Assembly (NCBI GenBank): GCA_036149055.1
Contig: JAYZQJ010000142.1
Coordinates: 1 to 59,208 of the forward strand
Length of the DNA stretch: 59,208 nucleotides
From: Myxococcota bacterium
GTDB lineage: Bacteria; Myxococcota_A; Polyangia; Polyangiales; Sandaracinaceae
Direction: 5' to 3'
The translations under genes were made by a program, and so were the position numbers. The notes beneath the pieces are model-generated. The model was not told where the DNA came from, did not search any database, and saw only the letters and a list, made by a program, of their open reading frames with translations. Below are positions 36,948-47,228 of this stretch, one piece after another. The stretch's first letter is position 1, and each line of letters starts with the position of its first letter.

Positions 36948-39900
36948 TCAGTTCTCCGTCGCGCCGTCGGGGATGGACGAGTCCTCTTCCTCGGCGTCCT
37001 GCTCCGTCTGGAGCCGGACCGCGCCGGGACGTGCGACCTGCCGCTGGATGTAGTTGGCCTCGCCGCGCAGCTCCGCCGCCATGGGGTAGTTGGCCCGGTC
37101 GAGCTGGTTCAGCTCCTGCTCGCACTGCTGCGAGAACTCGTTGAACCAGCGGACGCGCGTGGCGGTGGTCAGGCAGAACTGGAACTTGTCCAGCGCCTGC
37201 GCGTTGAGCGGCCGGGCCGCGTTCTCGAGCGCGTCGACGTAGATGCCGTAGAGCTCGTCGTCGTTCTCGATCTCCTCGGGGATCGGGGCGCCACGGATCT
37301 GGTCCATGAAGCTCCGGTACATCTCACCGACGCGCGCGGCGCCGGCGATCTGCCACTGCGGAATCTCGAGCTCGGCGATGCGGTTGTAGGCCGCCTCCGC
37401 CTGGACGAGCGCCTCGCGCTTCTCGTTGAGCCACTCGGCGAAGTCGCGCTCCGCCCAGCGCTGCACGCGCTGGAGGCTCCGGCCCCCGCGGAAGCGCGGG
37501 AAGCGGATCATGCGGAACGCCGCGTACTCGTACTCGGCGAGGTAGAAGAGCGCCTCGCTGGTGGCGTCCTTCGCCCGGGCCAGGAAGAGCTGCTTGTCCT
37601 CGTCGCTCACGTCGTCGAGCCCGGCGATCCGCTCACCCGCGTTGCGGGTCCACTCGCGGACGGCGGCCTCGAAGTAGCGCTTCGCGTCGTCGCGCTCCTC
37701 GAGCTCCCACTGCGCGCGGCCCATCTGGACGTTCGCCCGGATGACCTCGTGCGGGAGCGCCCGACGGCCGTAGCTGCGGAGCCAGCCGCGGTAGTGCTGG
37801 AACACGCGCTGCCAGTTGTTCTGGCGCTCGTAGATCGAGCCCAGCGAGAACATGACCTGCGAGGTCTCTCGCGGCATGCGCTGCCGGTAGTTGCGCTCGA
37901 AGAGCTCGGCGTCGTCGATCGCTTGCTCCTCCTGGCCGAGGCCGAGTCGGAAGAACACTGCGTTCTGGAGCGCCTCGTGGGCGATGGCGCAGGTGCCGCC
38001 TTCGCGCTGCTCCTCGGTGCACTCGCTGCCGTCCTCGCCCGGGTACTCCCGCGCGAAGCGCTCGTACCACTCGGCCGCCTGGTTATAGATGGCAAGCGCG
38101 TGGTAGTTGGCGCCGACGAGGAAGACCGCGCGGCGGGCGAGCGGGCTCTCCGGGAAGTTCCGGATGAGGACCGTGCGCACGCGGATGGCGCGACCGAGGA
38201 GACGCGCCGCCTCGTAGTTGATCGACGCGTTGTAGAGGACCTCGTCGAGCCGGCCGCACTCGCGGTGCTCGCGGGCGATGGTGACGTAGGTCTGGGCCGC
38301 GTCGCGGAAGCGCTCCTCGCGGGTCGCCGCCTCGGCCTGCAGCCGGAGCGTGTCACACCGGAGCTGGTCGAGGACCTGGCAGAGCTCCGGGTGCTCGTCG
38401 CGCTGCCCGCTGTTGGCGCAGTACGCCCCCGCGAGCGGCTCGATGTTGTCCCGGATCTCGCCGATGCAGCTCGTGCGCTGCCACTGCGTGCCCATGATGT
38501 TGAGCGAGTCGAGGTAGAGGTTCGCCGCGTACTCGCTCAGCTCGCTGTCCCGGTGGTTCAGCGCGATGTCGCGGAAGATGACGGCCGCCTCTTCGTACTG
38601 GTTCGACTCGTAGTAGATCCGGGCGCGCCGGTACTTGATGGTCGGCAGCTCGTCGCTGTCGCTGACGAAGCAGACGAAGCGGTTGAACGCGTTGAGCATG
38701 CCGTTCTCGGTGTCGTTGAGCTCGCGCGGCACGTAGCGGGTCGCCTCGGCGCGCTCCTCCTGCTCGGCCTCGCAGCGACGCAGGCGTCGCCCTCGCATGC
38801 CCTCGCAGGGGTTCTCGTCGCCGACCCCGCCGCCGCGCGTCTCGCGCTCACGGCCCTGGTACTGCTGCTGGTACAGGTTGTTGTAACAGAGCACGGCGGC
38901 GTAGGCGGCGTCCTGGGTGAACTCGCCTTGCGGGTTCAGCTCGACGACGCGGTCGAAGGCCGGGCCGCAGGTGGCCCAGTCCTCCATGCGCCAGAGGAGC
39001 TCCGCGTAGAAGTAGGACACGCGGTACTCGGTCGGCCAGTCGCGCCGATCGATGTCCGGGAACTGCATGTCCTCCATGTTCGGGAAGCGATCGAGCACGA
39101 CCCGGTAGAGGGCGGCCGCGCCGCGCATCGTGTTGACGTCGTTGGTGCCCGGCTGGTCGTCGGTGCCGATCGCCTCGCGGTGCCAGGCGGTGGCGAGCTC
39201 GACGAGCACCGCGGCCGTGGCCTGCTTGCACTCCGTGACCGCCTCGGCCGGGTGCCCGGCGTTGGCGAACGACTCCTGGACGTCGACCAGGCGACGCACC
39301 TCGGTGACCTGCTCGTCCTTGGGGCGCGACGACACGACGGCGTTGGTGACGCGGCTCTGCCAGTAGCAGAGGCGCGGGCCCTCGGAGCGCTCCGCCATCA
39401 GGCGGTGGTAGACCTCGATGGTCTCGGGCCAGTTACCCGTGTCGTAATAGAGCTCGGCCAGGCTCTCGAGCATCTCGAGCGCTTGATCGTCGTCGGTCGC
39501 GTATCTCCGGAAGAACTCGAGCGCTCTCCGTGGTGTGCCCACCCGCGAGTAGGGCAAGACCAGCTCGCGTCTCGACTGGCGCGCGAGGTTGGCCGCGTCC
39601 CGCGCGTCCGGGTTCTGCTGCGCGAACTCGACCGTGCGCACGAACTGGGTCAGCGCGCCTCGGAAGTCCTCGAGGTTGTACATGGCCCACGCCTGCTTGT
39701 AGAGCGCGTAGCCGTAGACCGGGTTCCGCTCGGCGGGGATCTCCGTGACCTTCGAGTAGAACTGCTGCGCCGCGCGCATGTCCCCCTCGCCGAAGTAGTA
39801 CTCGGCGAACGAGAGGTAGGCGTGCGGGATGAAGCGCGACTGCGGGAAGCCCTTGATCAGGCGGTGATAGACCTGACGGGCCCGCTGGAACTGCCGCATC

Positions 39901-40628
39901 TCCTCGAGGCCGAAGGCCAGCGAGAACAGGACCTGGTCCATGTTGCGGTAGTTCGGGTAGTCCCGGACGAGGCGCGCGTAGGTGCGGATCGCCTCCTGGC
40001 GGTAGTTCTGGAGCTGCTCCTCCGCCTGCCGCTGCTGCTGCTGGAGCTGCTGGACCTGCGAGGCGTTCTTCGACTGGCGGGCCTCGAAGATCGGCTGGTC
40101 CATCGCTCGCGCGCGGGTGTTGTAGTACTGCTGCAGCTCGAACTGCGTCTCCGCGAGGCGCAGGAGGTAGTCGGCGCCGCGGGGGTCGCCGGCGCGGGTG
40201 CGGCCGACGAGGCGCTCGAGCACCGTGACCTCGCGCTGGAGGAGGTTGAGCGCGCGGGCCTCCATGCGCTCACGACCGCGGGCGGTGGCCGCGTCGATCT
40301 CGATCGACGGGCCGGTCATGCCGGTGCCCTTGGTCTCCTCCTCGCGACGCTTGGTCTCGCGGAAGTGCGACGCGACCTGGCTGTCCACCCCGGTCGGACG
40401 CGATCCCGCCCGTTTCGAGGGCGGCGGCGCGTTGTCGGGACAACGCTCGACGTTCTGCCGGGCGTCGGGCCGGATGCAGACGCCCCGGGGCGCCGAGGGG
40501 ATCCCCTCGGGCACCGACGCGTTCGCGGCGGCCTCTTCGCCGTCCCCCTGGGCTCCGACCGCGAGCGGGATTCCGCCCGCGACGAGCGCGGAGGCGACCA
40601 CCAGTAGTGCCAGTCGATTGCGACGCAT
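36948..40628 (-). CDS. gltD: Gliding motility periplasmic TPR protein GltD (AgmU)-like (~1226 aa)
   Basis: Signal peptide; TPR clusters (YPNYRNMDQVLFSL, FAEYYF, YALYKQAW, YAANLYLDSLN); size and synteny with gltE/F/G. Confidence 0.82.
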   Translation of the reverse strand: MRRNRLALLVVASALVAGGIPLAVGAQGDGEEAAANASVPEGIPSAPRGVCIRPDARQNVERCPDNAPPPSKRAGSRPTGVDSQVASHFRETKRREEETKGTGMTGPSIEIDAATARGRERMEARALNLLQREVTVLERLVGRTRAGDPRGADYLLRLAETQFELQQYYNTRARAMDQPIFEARQSKNASQVQQLQQQQRQAEEQLQNYRQEAIRTYARLVRDYPNYRNMDQVLFSLAFGLEEMRQFQRARQVYHRLIKGFPQSRFIPHAYLSFAEYYFGEGDMRAAQQFYSKVTEIPAERNPVYGYALYKQAWAMYNLEDFRGALTQFVRTVEFAQQNPDARDAANLARQSRRELVLPYSRVGTPRRALEFFRRYATDDDQALEMLESLAELYYDTGNWPETIEVYHRLMAERSEGPRLCYWQSRVTNAVVSSRPKDEQVTEVRRLVDVQESFANAGHPAEAVTECKQATAAVLVELATAWHREAIGTDDQPGTNDVNTMRGAAALYRVVLDRFPNMEDMQFPDIDRRDWPTEYRVSYFYAELLWRMEDWATCGPAFDRVVELNPQGEFTQDAAYAAVLCYNNLYQQQYQGRERETRGGGVGDENPCEGMRGRRLRRCEAEQEERAEATRYVPRELNDTENGMLNAFNRFVCFVSDSDELPTIKYRRARIYYESNQYEEAAVIFRDIALNHRDSELSEYAANLYLDSLNIMGTQWQRTSCIGEIRDNIEPLAGAYCANSGQRDEHPELCQVLDQLRCDTLRLQAEAATREERFRDAAQTYVTIAREHRECGRLDEVLYNASINYEAARLLGRAIRVRTVLIRNFPESPLARRAVFLVGANYHALAIYNQAAEWYERFAREYPGEDGSECTEEQREGGTCAIAHEALQNAVFFRLGLGQEEQAIDDAELFERNYRQRMPRETSQVMFSLGSIYERQNNWQRVFQHYRGWLRSYGRRALPHEVIRANVQMGRAQWELEERDDAKRYFEAAVREWTRNAGERIAGLDDVSDEDKQLFLARAKDATSEALFYLAEYEYAAFRMIRFPRFRGGRSLQRVQRWAERDFAEWLNEKREALVQAEAAYNRIAELEIPQWQIAGAARVGEMYRSFMDQIRGAPIPEEIENDDELYGIYVDALENAARPLNAQALDKFQFCLTTATRVRWFNEFSQQCEQELNQLDRANYPMAAELRGEANYIQRQVARPGAVRLQTEQDAEEEDSSIPDGATEN

Positions 40629-40694
40629 GCTGCTCACCCTCTCAGCCCCGCTGCCGGGGCTCTCTTCCTTCGAACCGGTCCGAGCTCCTCACCG

Positions 40695-42365
40695 TCACCG
40701 TCCGCACTGGGAGGTGACCTGCTGGCGGTAGAAGCCCAGCTCGTCGCGCCAGTACTCGCCGTCGAACGGCCAGATCTGGTGCTCCTCGTCGACCTCGACG
40801 TCGAGGCCGCCGGAGCGGGCGACCTCGCTCTGCTGCTGCTGCATCTCCTGCGACAGCTGACCGCGCTGGAAGGTCGCGATCTCGAGCTCGACGGTGTCCA
40901 CCTGGTTCATGAGCTCGTTGAGCTCGTCGATCAGGCGGTTGTAGCGGCCTCGCGCGAGGTCGCCGGTCTGATCGATCGCGAAGGACTTCGCGACGAAGAT
41001 GTCCTGCAGGATCCGGCTGCCGAGGCTCGAGTTCTTGAACTCGTCGGGCGCCTGGTTCAGCCGCGCCTCCTCCGCCTCGAGGAGGCGGACGTACTCGAGG
41101 TGGCGCAGGAGCGTGCGGTCCGAGAGCGCCGAGGAGACGACGCCGCGGATGCGGGGGCTGAGGTTCGCCTCGCCCGAGCGGACGCGCTGGAGGAACTCGA
41201 AGAACTGCTGGTTGTCCTCGAACTGGGCCAGCGTGCTGGTGAGCTCCGCCTGGACCGGATCGTAACGCTCGTGGAACTGCGAGATCATCGCCTCGGCGTT
41301 CTCCACCTGGCAGGCGGAGAAGAAGATCACGGCCTTGAGGACGAGCGCCTCCGGGTAGTACGCGTCCTCGAAGTACGGGCTGAAGAGCGTGTGGATGTTG
41401 CCCATCGCGCGCGAGTACTCGTCGGCGAGGAAGAAGGCCCACGACTCCTCGAAGAGCGCGTCGAGCCAGTACTCGCTGCCGGTGCCGATGTTGTTCCAGG
41501 CGACGACCGCGTTGCCGAGCAGGGTGCCGTCGATCGTGCGCTCGCCGGTCTCCGCGTCGGTGCGGTTGGCGGCGGTGTAGTAGACGCGCGCGAGCGAGAG
41601 CCACGCCAGGTCGTCCATGCGCTGGGTGTCCTCGACGCCGGTCACGCCCTCGTCGATCGCGTCGATGATGGCCCGGAACGCCTGGATGGCCGGCTGCGCC
41701 CGGCGGGTGCGGACGTGGGCGATGCCCTCGAAGAAGCGGCCGTAGACGTAGTAGTCGCTCTGGCGATCGACGCGCTGGAAGAGGCGGATCGCCTCCTCGA
41801 ACTCGCCCTGGTTGTACTTGTGACGGCCCATCAGATAGATGAGCTGGTTGTACAGATCGGCGGTCTCACCGGTGTTGAACTGCTCGAGCTCGTCGGTGCC
41901 GTAGCGGCCGACCTTCTCGATGATGCCGGCCGGCTCCGGGAGCTGCGTCGCGAGCTGCGCGAGCCACTGGAGGGTCTGGCCGAAGTAGTTGTGGCCCTGC
42001 CCCTGCTGGGTGATCTCGTCGAAGATCGCCAGCGCCGACTGGTAGAAGCGGAGGTGGTAGAGCGCCTTCCCGAGGAAGAACTGCGCCTTCTGCACGTTGG
42101 CCGGCGCGTCCTGGGTCTCCCCCTCGACGACGCGCTGGAACTGCACCGACGCCTCCATGTAGCGCTCCTGCTGGTAGAGGCGGAGCGCGTTGGCGAGGGC
42201 CTCGGAGGGCGGCCCCTCGGCCGGCGGAGCCGGCGGCTGACCGGTCTCCTCGACGCTGAAGACCATGTCCTGCGCCTGGGCGCGAGAGCTCACCGAGGAG
42301 AGCGCGAGCAGGCAGGCCGCGCCCAGAAGAACAACGTTACGTGCGACTCGTCGGTCATGCCTCAT
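40695..42365 (-). CDS. gltC: Gliding motility protein GltC (AgnA)-like periplasmic TPR protein
   Basis: Signal peptide; WLDALFEESWAFF, AMGNIHTLFSPYF..YYPE; C-terminal WPFDGEYWRDELGFY..C typical of GltC/NfsC. Confidence 0.85.
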   Translation of the reverse strand: MRHDRRVARNVVLLGAACLLALSSVSSRAQAQDMVFSVEETGQPPAPPAEGPPSEALANALRLYQQERYMEASVQFQRVVEGETQDAPANVQKAQFFLGKALYHLRFYQSALAIFDEITQQGQGHNYFGQTLQWLAQLATQLPEPAGIIEKVGRYGTDELEQFNTGETADLYNQLIYLMGRHKYNQGEFEEAIRLFQRVDRQSDYYVYGRFFEGIAHVRTRRAQPAIQAFRAIIDAIDEGVTGVEDTQRMDDLAWLSLARVYYTAANRTDAETGERTIDGTLLGNAVVAWNNIGTGSEYWLDALFEESWAFFLADEYSRAMGNIHTLFSPYFEDAYYPEALVLKAVIFFSACQVENAEAMISQFHERYDPVQAELTSTLAQFEDNQQFFEFLQRVRSGEANLSPRIRGVVSSALSDRTLLRHLEYVRLLEAEEARLNQAPDEFKNSSLGSRILQDIFVAKSFAIDQTGDLARGRYNRLIDELNELMNQVDTVELEIATFQRGQLSQEMQQQQSEVARSGGLDVEVDEEHQIWPFDGEYWRDELGFYRQQVTSQCGR

Positions 42366-42533
42366 GGGCTCGTCCCCTATTCCGTCCGAATGGACCGTCA
42401 CCAGTAGAGACCGTCATCAAAAGGCCGTCTTCTCGTCATCCGCGTGGCGTGCGAGGGAGCGGGCGGCTCGCCCGGCCCCTTCGTCGCCGGATTTCTCTAG
42501 TAATATCGACGCCTTAGAACCTAATGGGGCGCC

Positions 42534-42563
42534 ATCGTACAGAGTCGGGCCTCGCATTGTCAA
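42534..42563 (-). promoter_or_regulatory. Sigma70-type promoter for the gltC-G operon: TTGACA-N18-TACGAT
   Basis: tgtcaa at 42558-42563 and atcgta at 42534-42539 on the + strand. Confidence 0.65.
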
Positions 42564-42601
42564 GGGGCAGTCGCTCCCTGCACCCTCCTGGCGAGAGCGT
42601 C

Positions 42602-42631
42602 TTGACACTTCGCCACGCGGCGGCGTAGCGT
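42602..42631 (+). promoter_or_regulatory. Sigma70-type promoter for the gltK-like gene: TTGACA-N18-TAGCGT
   Basis: TTGACA at 42602-42607 and TAGCGT at 42626-42631. Confidence 0.6.
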
Positions 42632-42750
42632 TGCCGCCATTCGCGGTCGGCGTCGATCGCAGGGGCCGAGATCGTTCGGAATTCACAACCCCCTACGAAC
42701 CTTCGACCCCCCACGACCTTGGGTCGGAAATTCTTCTGGAGAACCGCAGC

Positions 42751-43269
42751 ATGCATCGTTTGGTGAGCCGACTGCTCGGCTACGGCGTGTTCCTCGTTCC
42801 CTTGCTGGTCGCCGGCTGCACCGGATCCCCGATCGGCGATCCGTGCATCCCCGAGAACATCCCTCAGGAGGATCGCGACGGGGACGGCCTGCCCGACGGC
42901 TTCGACGCCGCCGAGGTTTACATCGAGACGTCATCGGTCCAGTGCCGGACGCGGACCTGCATGGTCTTCGCGCTCAACGGCAACCCCGAGAAGATCGTCG
43001 GCGAGCCGTCGTGCGGCGCCGGGGACACGGACTGCGTGACCCAGCAGGAGGTGGACACCCAGGTGTTCTGCAGCTGCCGCTGCAGCCTCGGCCCGGGCGC
43101 GGCCGCCAACACGCCGCTCTGCAACTGCGGCGACGGCTTCACCTGCGTGGACGATCTCGTGACCACCGGCGGCGACGGCGTCGTCGGCGGCTACTGCGTG
43201 CCCTGCCGCCGCGAGAACGACGATCGCGAGCTCCCGGCCGGCGTCTACGACAACTGCCCGACCCCCTGA
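42751..43269 (+). CDS. gltK: Cys-rich lipoprotein, GltK (CglC/AgmO)-like
   Basis: Lipobox VAGC; IGDPC...YIETSSVQC.TRTC...FCSCRC pattern recalls CglC; ~172 aa; divergent from gltC. Confidence 0.62.
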   Translation: MHRLVSRLLGYGVFLVPLLVAGCTGSPIGDPCIPENIPQEDRDGDGLPDGFDAAEVYIETSSVQCRTRTCMVFALNGNPEKIVGEPSCGAGDTDCVTQQEVDTQVFCSCRCSLGPGAAANTPLCNCGDGFTCVDDLVTTGGDGVVGGYCVPCRRENDDRELPAGVYDNCPTP

Positions 43270-43322
43270 CGCGATCTCCCGCGCGAGACGCAACCTAGCG
43301 GCCCACCCGGCGATGCGCCGGC

Positions 43323-43733
43323 GTGGGCCGTCGTCGTTTCGGGAGCAAGGGTTTCGGGAGCAAGAGCCGCCGCGCGGCGGCGGCGGACAAGCAGAAGCTG
43401 GGGCAGCGAGCCGAGGCGATCGTCGCCGGGCTGCTCGAGGCGCGGGGCTACGCGATCGTGGCCCGGAACGCGCGGGTCGGGCGGCTCGAGATCGACATCG
43501 TCGCCCGGCGGGGCCGGCTGGCGATCTTCTGCGAGGTCAGGGCCCGGGCGCGGAGCGCGGGCTTCTCTCCGCTCGAGACGATCGACGCCGCGAAGATCGC
43601 CCGCATCCGCCGGGCGGCGGCGATCTGGATGGGCGAGCACGGCTGGCCCGGGGTGCACGCCCGCTTCGACGCCGCCGCCGTCACCTTCGACACGCCCGAG
43701 GGCGACGTCGACTACCTCGAGGACGCCTTCTGA
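43323..43733 (+). CDS. yraN: YraN (UPF0102) family endonuclease-like protein
   Basis: LGQRAEAIV..LEARGYAIVARN..EIDIVAR..FCEVRAR..K..RIRRAA..RFDAAAV. Start approximate. Confidence 0.9.
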   Translation: MGRRRFGSKGFGSKSRRAAAADKQKLGQRAEAIVAGLLEARGYAIVARNARVGRLEIDIVARRGRLAIFCEVRARARSAGFSPLETIDAAKIARIRRAAAIWMGEHGWPGVHARFDAAAVTFDTPEGDVDYLEDAF

Positions 43734-44363
43734 TCAGGTCTCGAGCACGGCCGCGAGGCGCTCGCGGAGACGCTCGAGCTGCTCGACGACCTTGGCGTCG
43801 GTGCCCTCCTCGCGCGCGGCCTCGAGGGCCTCGTCGAGCTGGGCGAGCTCTTCCTCGCGGCGGGCGCGGAGCGCCTTGACCATGTCTTTGAAGGCGATGC
43901 CCACGTGCTGGAGCTCGTCGCCCTTCCGCAGCCCGCCCTTGGTGTTGAGCTGGCCGCTCGCCACGTCGCCGAGGAGGAGCCGGAGCTTGTAGGCCGGACC
44001 GACCACGCGGTGGGTCACGATGATCCCGGTGAAGCCGAGCGCCAGCGAGAGGATCACCACCAGGGCGCCGATCCCGAGCGAGATCTGCTCGAGCACCTGC
44101 GCGTCCCGCTCGGCCGCCTCGCGCTCGAACAGCGCGTGCAGCTCCGCGTCGACGGCCATCTCGCTCATCTCCTGCTGCATCAGGAGCATCTGCGACATGC
44201 CCTTCGAGTAGTTGTACGCCTCGCTGCCGAGCCAGGCGCCGACGACGCCGGTCACGAGCACCGTCACGAGCACGACCGCCAGGGTGTACTTGAGCTGGAA
44301 GCGCGGCTCGAGCAGGAAGTTGCGCAGCCGACGCTTCGGCTGCTTCGGCTTCGCCGTGGTCAT
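43734..44363 (-). CDS. Two-TM, HAMP-like membrane protein with no obvious output domain
   Basis: RRLRNFLLEPRFQLKY, TM1, short periplasmic loop, TM2, THRVVGPAYKL..GGLRKGDELQHV (HAMP-like), short coiled coil. Confidence 0.82.
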   Translation of the reverse strand: MTTAKPKQPKRRLRNFLLEPRFQLKYTLAVVLVTVLVTGVVGAWLGSEAYNYSKGMSQMLLMQQEMSEMAVDAELHALFEREAAERDAQVLEQISLGIGALVVILSLALGFTGIIVTHRVVGPAYKLRLLLGDVASGQLNTKGGLRKGDELQHVGIAFKDMVKALRARREEELAQLDEALEAAREEGTDAKVVEQLERLRERLAAVLET

Positions 44364-44462
44364 CCCCTGGGCGTCAGCGGTCATGGTCGATGGCTCCGAT
44401 CCCGTCCCGTCCATTCGAAAAGGTACCGAGCGGCGCGAACGCGTGTCCACTTACGGGCTGCG

Positions 44463-45425
44463 TCATCGCCGCCTCCGCCTGCCTCGCCGCGAGGGCTGCG
44501 AGGCCTGCGCCGAGGCGGCGGCCGCCGCCATGGCCTGAGGCAGGTTGCGGAGGGCGCCGCGGATCGCGCCCTCGATGGCTTGCTGCTGGGCCTGCGCCCC
44601 GGTCGCGCCCATGACCGTCGCCGATCCGTTGAGCATGCTGCGGATGTTCCGGTCCGGGTAGGACTGCAGGACCACGGAGACGCGGGCCCGGAGGCCGCCG
44701 CCGGGGCGCGACTCCAGCTCGACGATCGAGCTGTCGAGGTAGTAGCCGACCAGCGAACGCTGGCTGAGCACGCGCTGGGCGGCGCGCGGGCGCTCCCCCT
44801 CGGGGGCGATCTCGACGCCGGACATGCCGCCGGCGGTCGACGCGATGACGCTCCGGGCCCGGTCGAGCACGTCGCGCGAGACGCCGCTCACCCGGGTACC
44901 GGGCTGGCCGACCGCGACGTAGTAGCGCGCGGGACCGGACGAGGAGCTGGACCCCGACGAGCCGCGGGACCGGCCGCGCGGGTGGCGCTGGGGTTGGCTG
45001 CGGGCGACGCGCTCCAGCGTACGGATCGCCCGCTCGGCCGCCTGGGCGACGGCGCGCTCGCGATCTCGGGTCGCGGCGCGCAGCGCCGGCAGCGCGCTGG
45101 GATCGCCGTGGCGCTCGAGCGAGGAGGCGGCGGCCGCGCGGACCGTCGGGTGATCGTCGCGCAGGGCCGCGGTGAGCGCCTCCACGACCTGAGGCTCGGT
45201 CTGCACCGCGCCGAGAGAGATGGCGGCCTGGGCGCGCACCCGGAACATCTGCGAGGTGCGGAGCGCGCGGACGAGGTAGTCCGTTCGCGCGTCGGCGTAG
45301 GCGACGGCGGAGACGGCGAGCAGCGTGGCCAGAGCGGCCCCGACGCTGGTCCAGAGCGGCGCGCGCGATCGTCGGCGCGCAGCGTGTTTCGCTCGGGTCG
45401 ACCCGACCCGATTCCTGCTGCTCAA
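44463..45425 (-). CDS. Secreted HEAT-repeat protein
   Basis: Signal peptide (AVSAVAYA-D); FRVRAQAAISLG, ALRDDHPTVRAAAASSL..GDPSALPAL. Start codon uncertain. Confidence 0.8.
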   Translation of the reverse strand: MSSRNRVGSTRAKHAARRRSRAPLWTSVGAALATLLAVSAVAYADARTDYLVRALRTSQMFRVRAQAAISLGAVQTEPQVVEALTAALRDDHPTVRAAAASSLERHGDPSALPALRAATRDRERAVAQAAERAIRTLERVARSQPQRHPRGRSRGSSGSSSSSGPARYYVAVGQPGTRVSGVSRDVLDRARSVIASTAGGMSGVEIAPEGERPRAAQRVLSQRSLVGYYLDSSIVELESRPGGGLRARVSVVLQSYPDRNIRSMLNGSATVMGATGAQAQQQAIEGAIRGALRNLPQAMAAAAASAQASQPSRRGRRRRR

Positions 45426-45566
45426 CCTAGGCCCCTTCCTCCCCCAGCCATCACCGACGAAGCCAAGCTCGGAATCCTTCAATCCAGGCTGATCATCATC
45501 GCGCCTTCGCGGCTGGGATTCAACGGTCCTCTTGCGAGCGAACGGCGAGAGCGGCACCGTCCTGAA

Positions 45567-47216
45567 GTGCGCGCCGCGCTCACCGCGCTGATCTGCCTGA
45601 CCGCGACCCCCGCCCTCCCCGCCGCGGCGCAGCCCACGGTCCGGGTGCGGGCGGAGTCGAGGATCGAGCTCCGGGTCGAGCGCCGGCCGGCGGAGGTGCA
45701 GGTGACCGGCGTGCTCCGCGACGATCGCGGCGAGCCCCTGCCCGACCAGCCGGTGGAGATCCGCCTCGAGCCCGACGAGGGCGGCAGCCGCAGCGAGCGC
45801 GGGCGGACCGACGCGCTCGGGCGGCTCGCCGCGACCTTCCCGGTGGAGACCGGGCGCTACGACATCCGGGCGAGCTACGCCGGCGACGCGCGCTACCAGC
45901 GGATCGACGTCGCCCAGGAGCTCGATCTCGAGCGGGCGCACGTGCAGCTCGGGCTCTCCCGGGCGGACGGCGAGCGCGTCGATCGGCTCGATCTCGATCG
46001 CCCGGTGCACCGCCTCCAGGTCCGCGCGCGCTCGGCGGAGGGCGGCGCGGGGCTCGAGGTCACGCTCGCGAGCGAGCTCGGCGATCGCCTCGCGGGAGGC
46101 ACCACCGGCGACGACGGAACGGTCGTGCTCGAGGTCGAGAGCGCCCGGCTCGGCCCCCCGGCCGCCGGACGCCTCGTGGTCACCAGCGAGCGCGACGACC
46201 GGCGATCGCGCGCCCAGACCGAGGTGATGGTGGTCCGCTTCCGGGCGGCCTCGCTCACCCTGGACGCCACCCCGACCCACCTCGAGCTGGGGGCCCCCCT
46301 CCGGATCGAGGGCCGCCTCACCGACAGCGGGGGCGCCCTCCCCCGCCGCGCGGTCGGCCTCTTCGCCGGCGACCGCCACCTGGACACCGTGCTCACCGAC
46401 GCCGAGGGGCGCTTCGCCCGGGAGCTGCAGCTCGACGGGCTCTCGGGCACCGTCGCCGTCCGGGCCCGCTTCACCAGCGACGCGCCGTGGCGCCCGAGCG
46501 CGGAGTCCCCGGCGATCTCGGTGACGCTCGCGGCGCCGTCGTCGGCGCCGTGGCCCTGGCTGCTGCTCCCGATGGCGATCTGCGCGGCCGCGATCTTCTG
46601 GATCTCCCGGCGGAGCGCCCCCGAGCCGACCCGCGCCTCCACCCGCACGGTGCCGCCCCCTCCCCCGCCCGGGATCCGGGCCGGCGCCGGGGAGGTCCGC
46701 GGCGCGACGCATCGCGCGGTCGGCGGCCGGGTCCTCGACGCGGACTCGGGCGCGGCGATCCCGGGCGCGCGGATCACGATCGAGGCGGCCGGGGAGGCCC
46801 ACGAGGCGCGCGCCGACGCGAGCGGCGCCTTCACCTTCTCCGATCTGGCCGACGGAGAGCACCGCCTCCAGGTCTCCGCGCCCGGCTACGAGGAGCGAGA
46901 CGCGGTGATCCAGGTCCCCCACGGCGGGCGCTGGCTGGACACGCGGGTGCGGCTCCGGAGCCTGCGCGAGGTGGCGGTCCGGCACTACCGCGAGGTGGCC
47001 GAGCGGCTCGCGCCGGGTCGACGTTGGTGGGCGCTCTGGACGCCGCGCGAGCTGCTGGACCGCGCCCAGCGCAGCGCGCGACGGGAGGCCGCGACCCTCA
47101 CCGAGGCGGTCGAGCGGGCGGCCTACGCGGCCCCGCACCCGAGCCCCGAGGACGTGACCGAGATCGGCCAGCGGGCCCGCTCGGTCGCCCAGGCGCTGGA
47201 CGCGTCTCGCGACTGA
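45567..47216 (+). CDS. Membrane-anchored protein with Ig-like/carboxypeptidase-regulatory-like domains and a DUF4129-like C-terminus
   Basis: Signal peptide (PAAA-Q); Ig-like repeats; TM PWPWLLLPMAICAAAIFW; GRVLDADSGAAIPGA; TPRELL..LTEAVERAAY. Confidence 0.78.
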   Translation: MRAALTALICLTATPALPAAAQPTVRVRAESRIELRVERRPAEVQVTGVLRDDRGEPLPDQPVEIRLEPDEGGSRSERGRTDALGRLAATFPVETGRYDIRASYAGDARYQRIDVAQELDLERAHVQLGLSRADGERVDRLDLDRPVHRLQVRARSAEGGAGLEVTLASELGDRLAGGTTGDDGTVVLEVESARLGPPAAGRLVVTSERDDRRSRAQTEVMVVRFRAASLTLDATPTHLELGAPLRIEGRLTDSGGALPRRAVGLFAGDRHLDTVLTDAEGRFARELQLDGLSGTVAVRARFTSDAPWRPSAESPAISVTLAAPSSAPWPWLLLPMAICAAAIFWISRRSAPEPTRASTRTVPPPPPPGIRAGAGEVRGATHRAVGGRVLDADSGAAIPGARITIEAAGEAHEARADASGAFTFSDLADGEHRLQVSAPGYEERDAVIQVPHGGRWLDTRVRLRSLREVAVRHYREVAERLAPGRRWWALWTPRELLDRAQRSARREAATLTEAVERAAYAAPHPSPEDVTEIGQRARSVAQALDASRD

Positions 47217-47228
47217 TCCGAGACGGCG

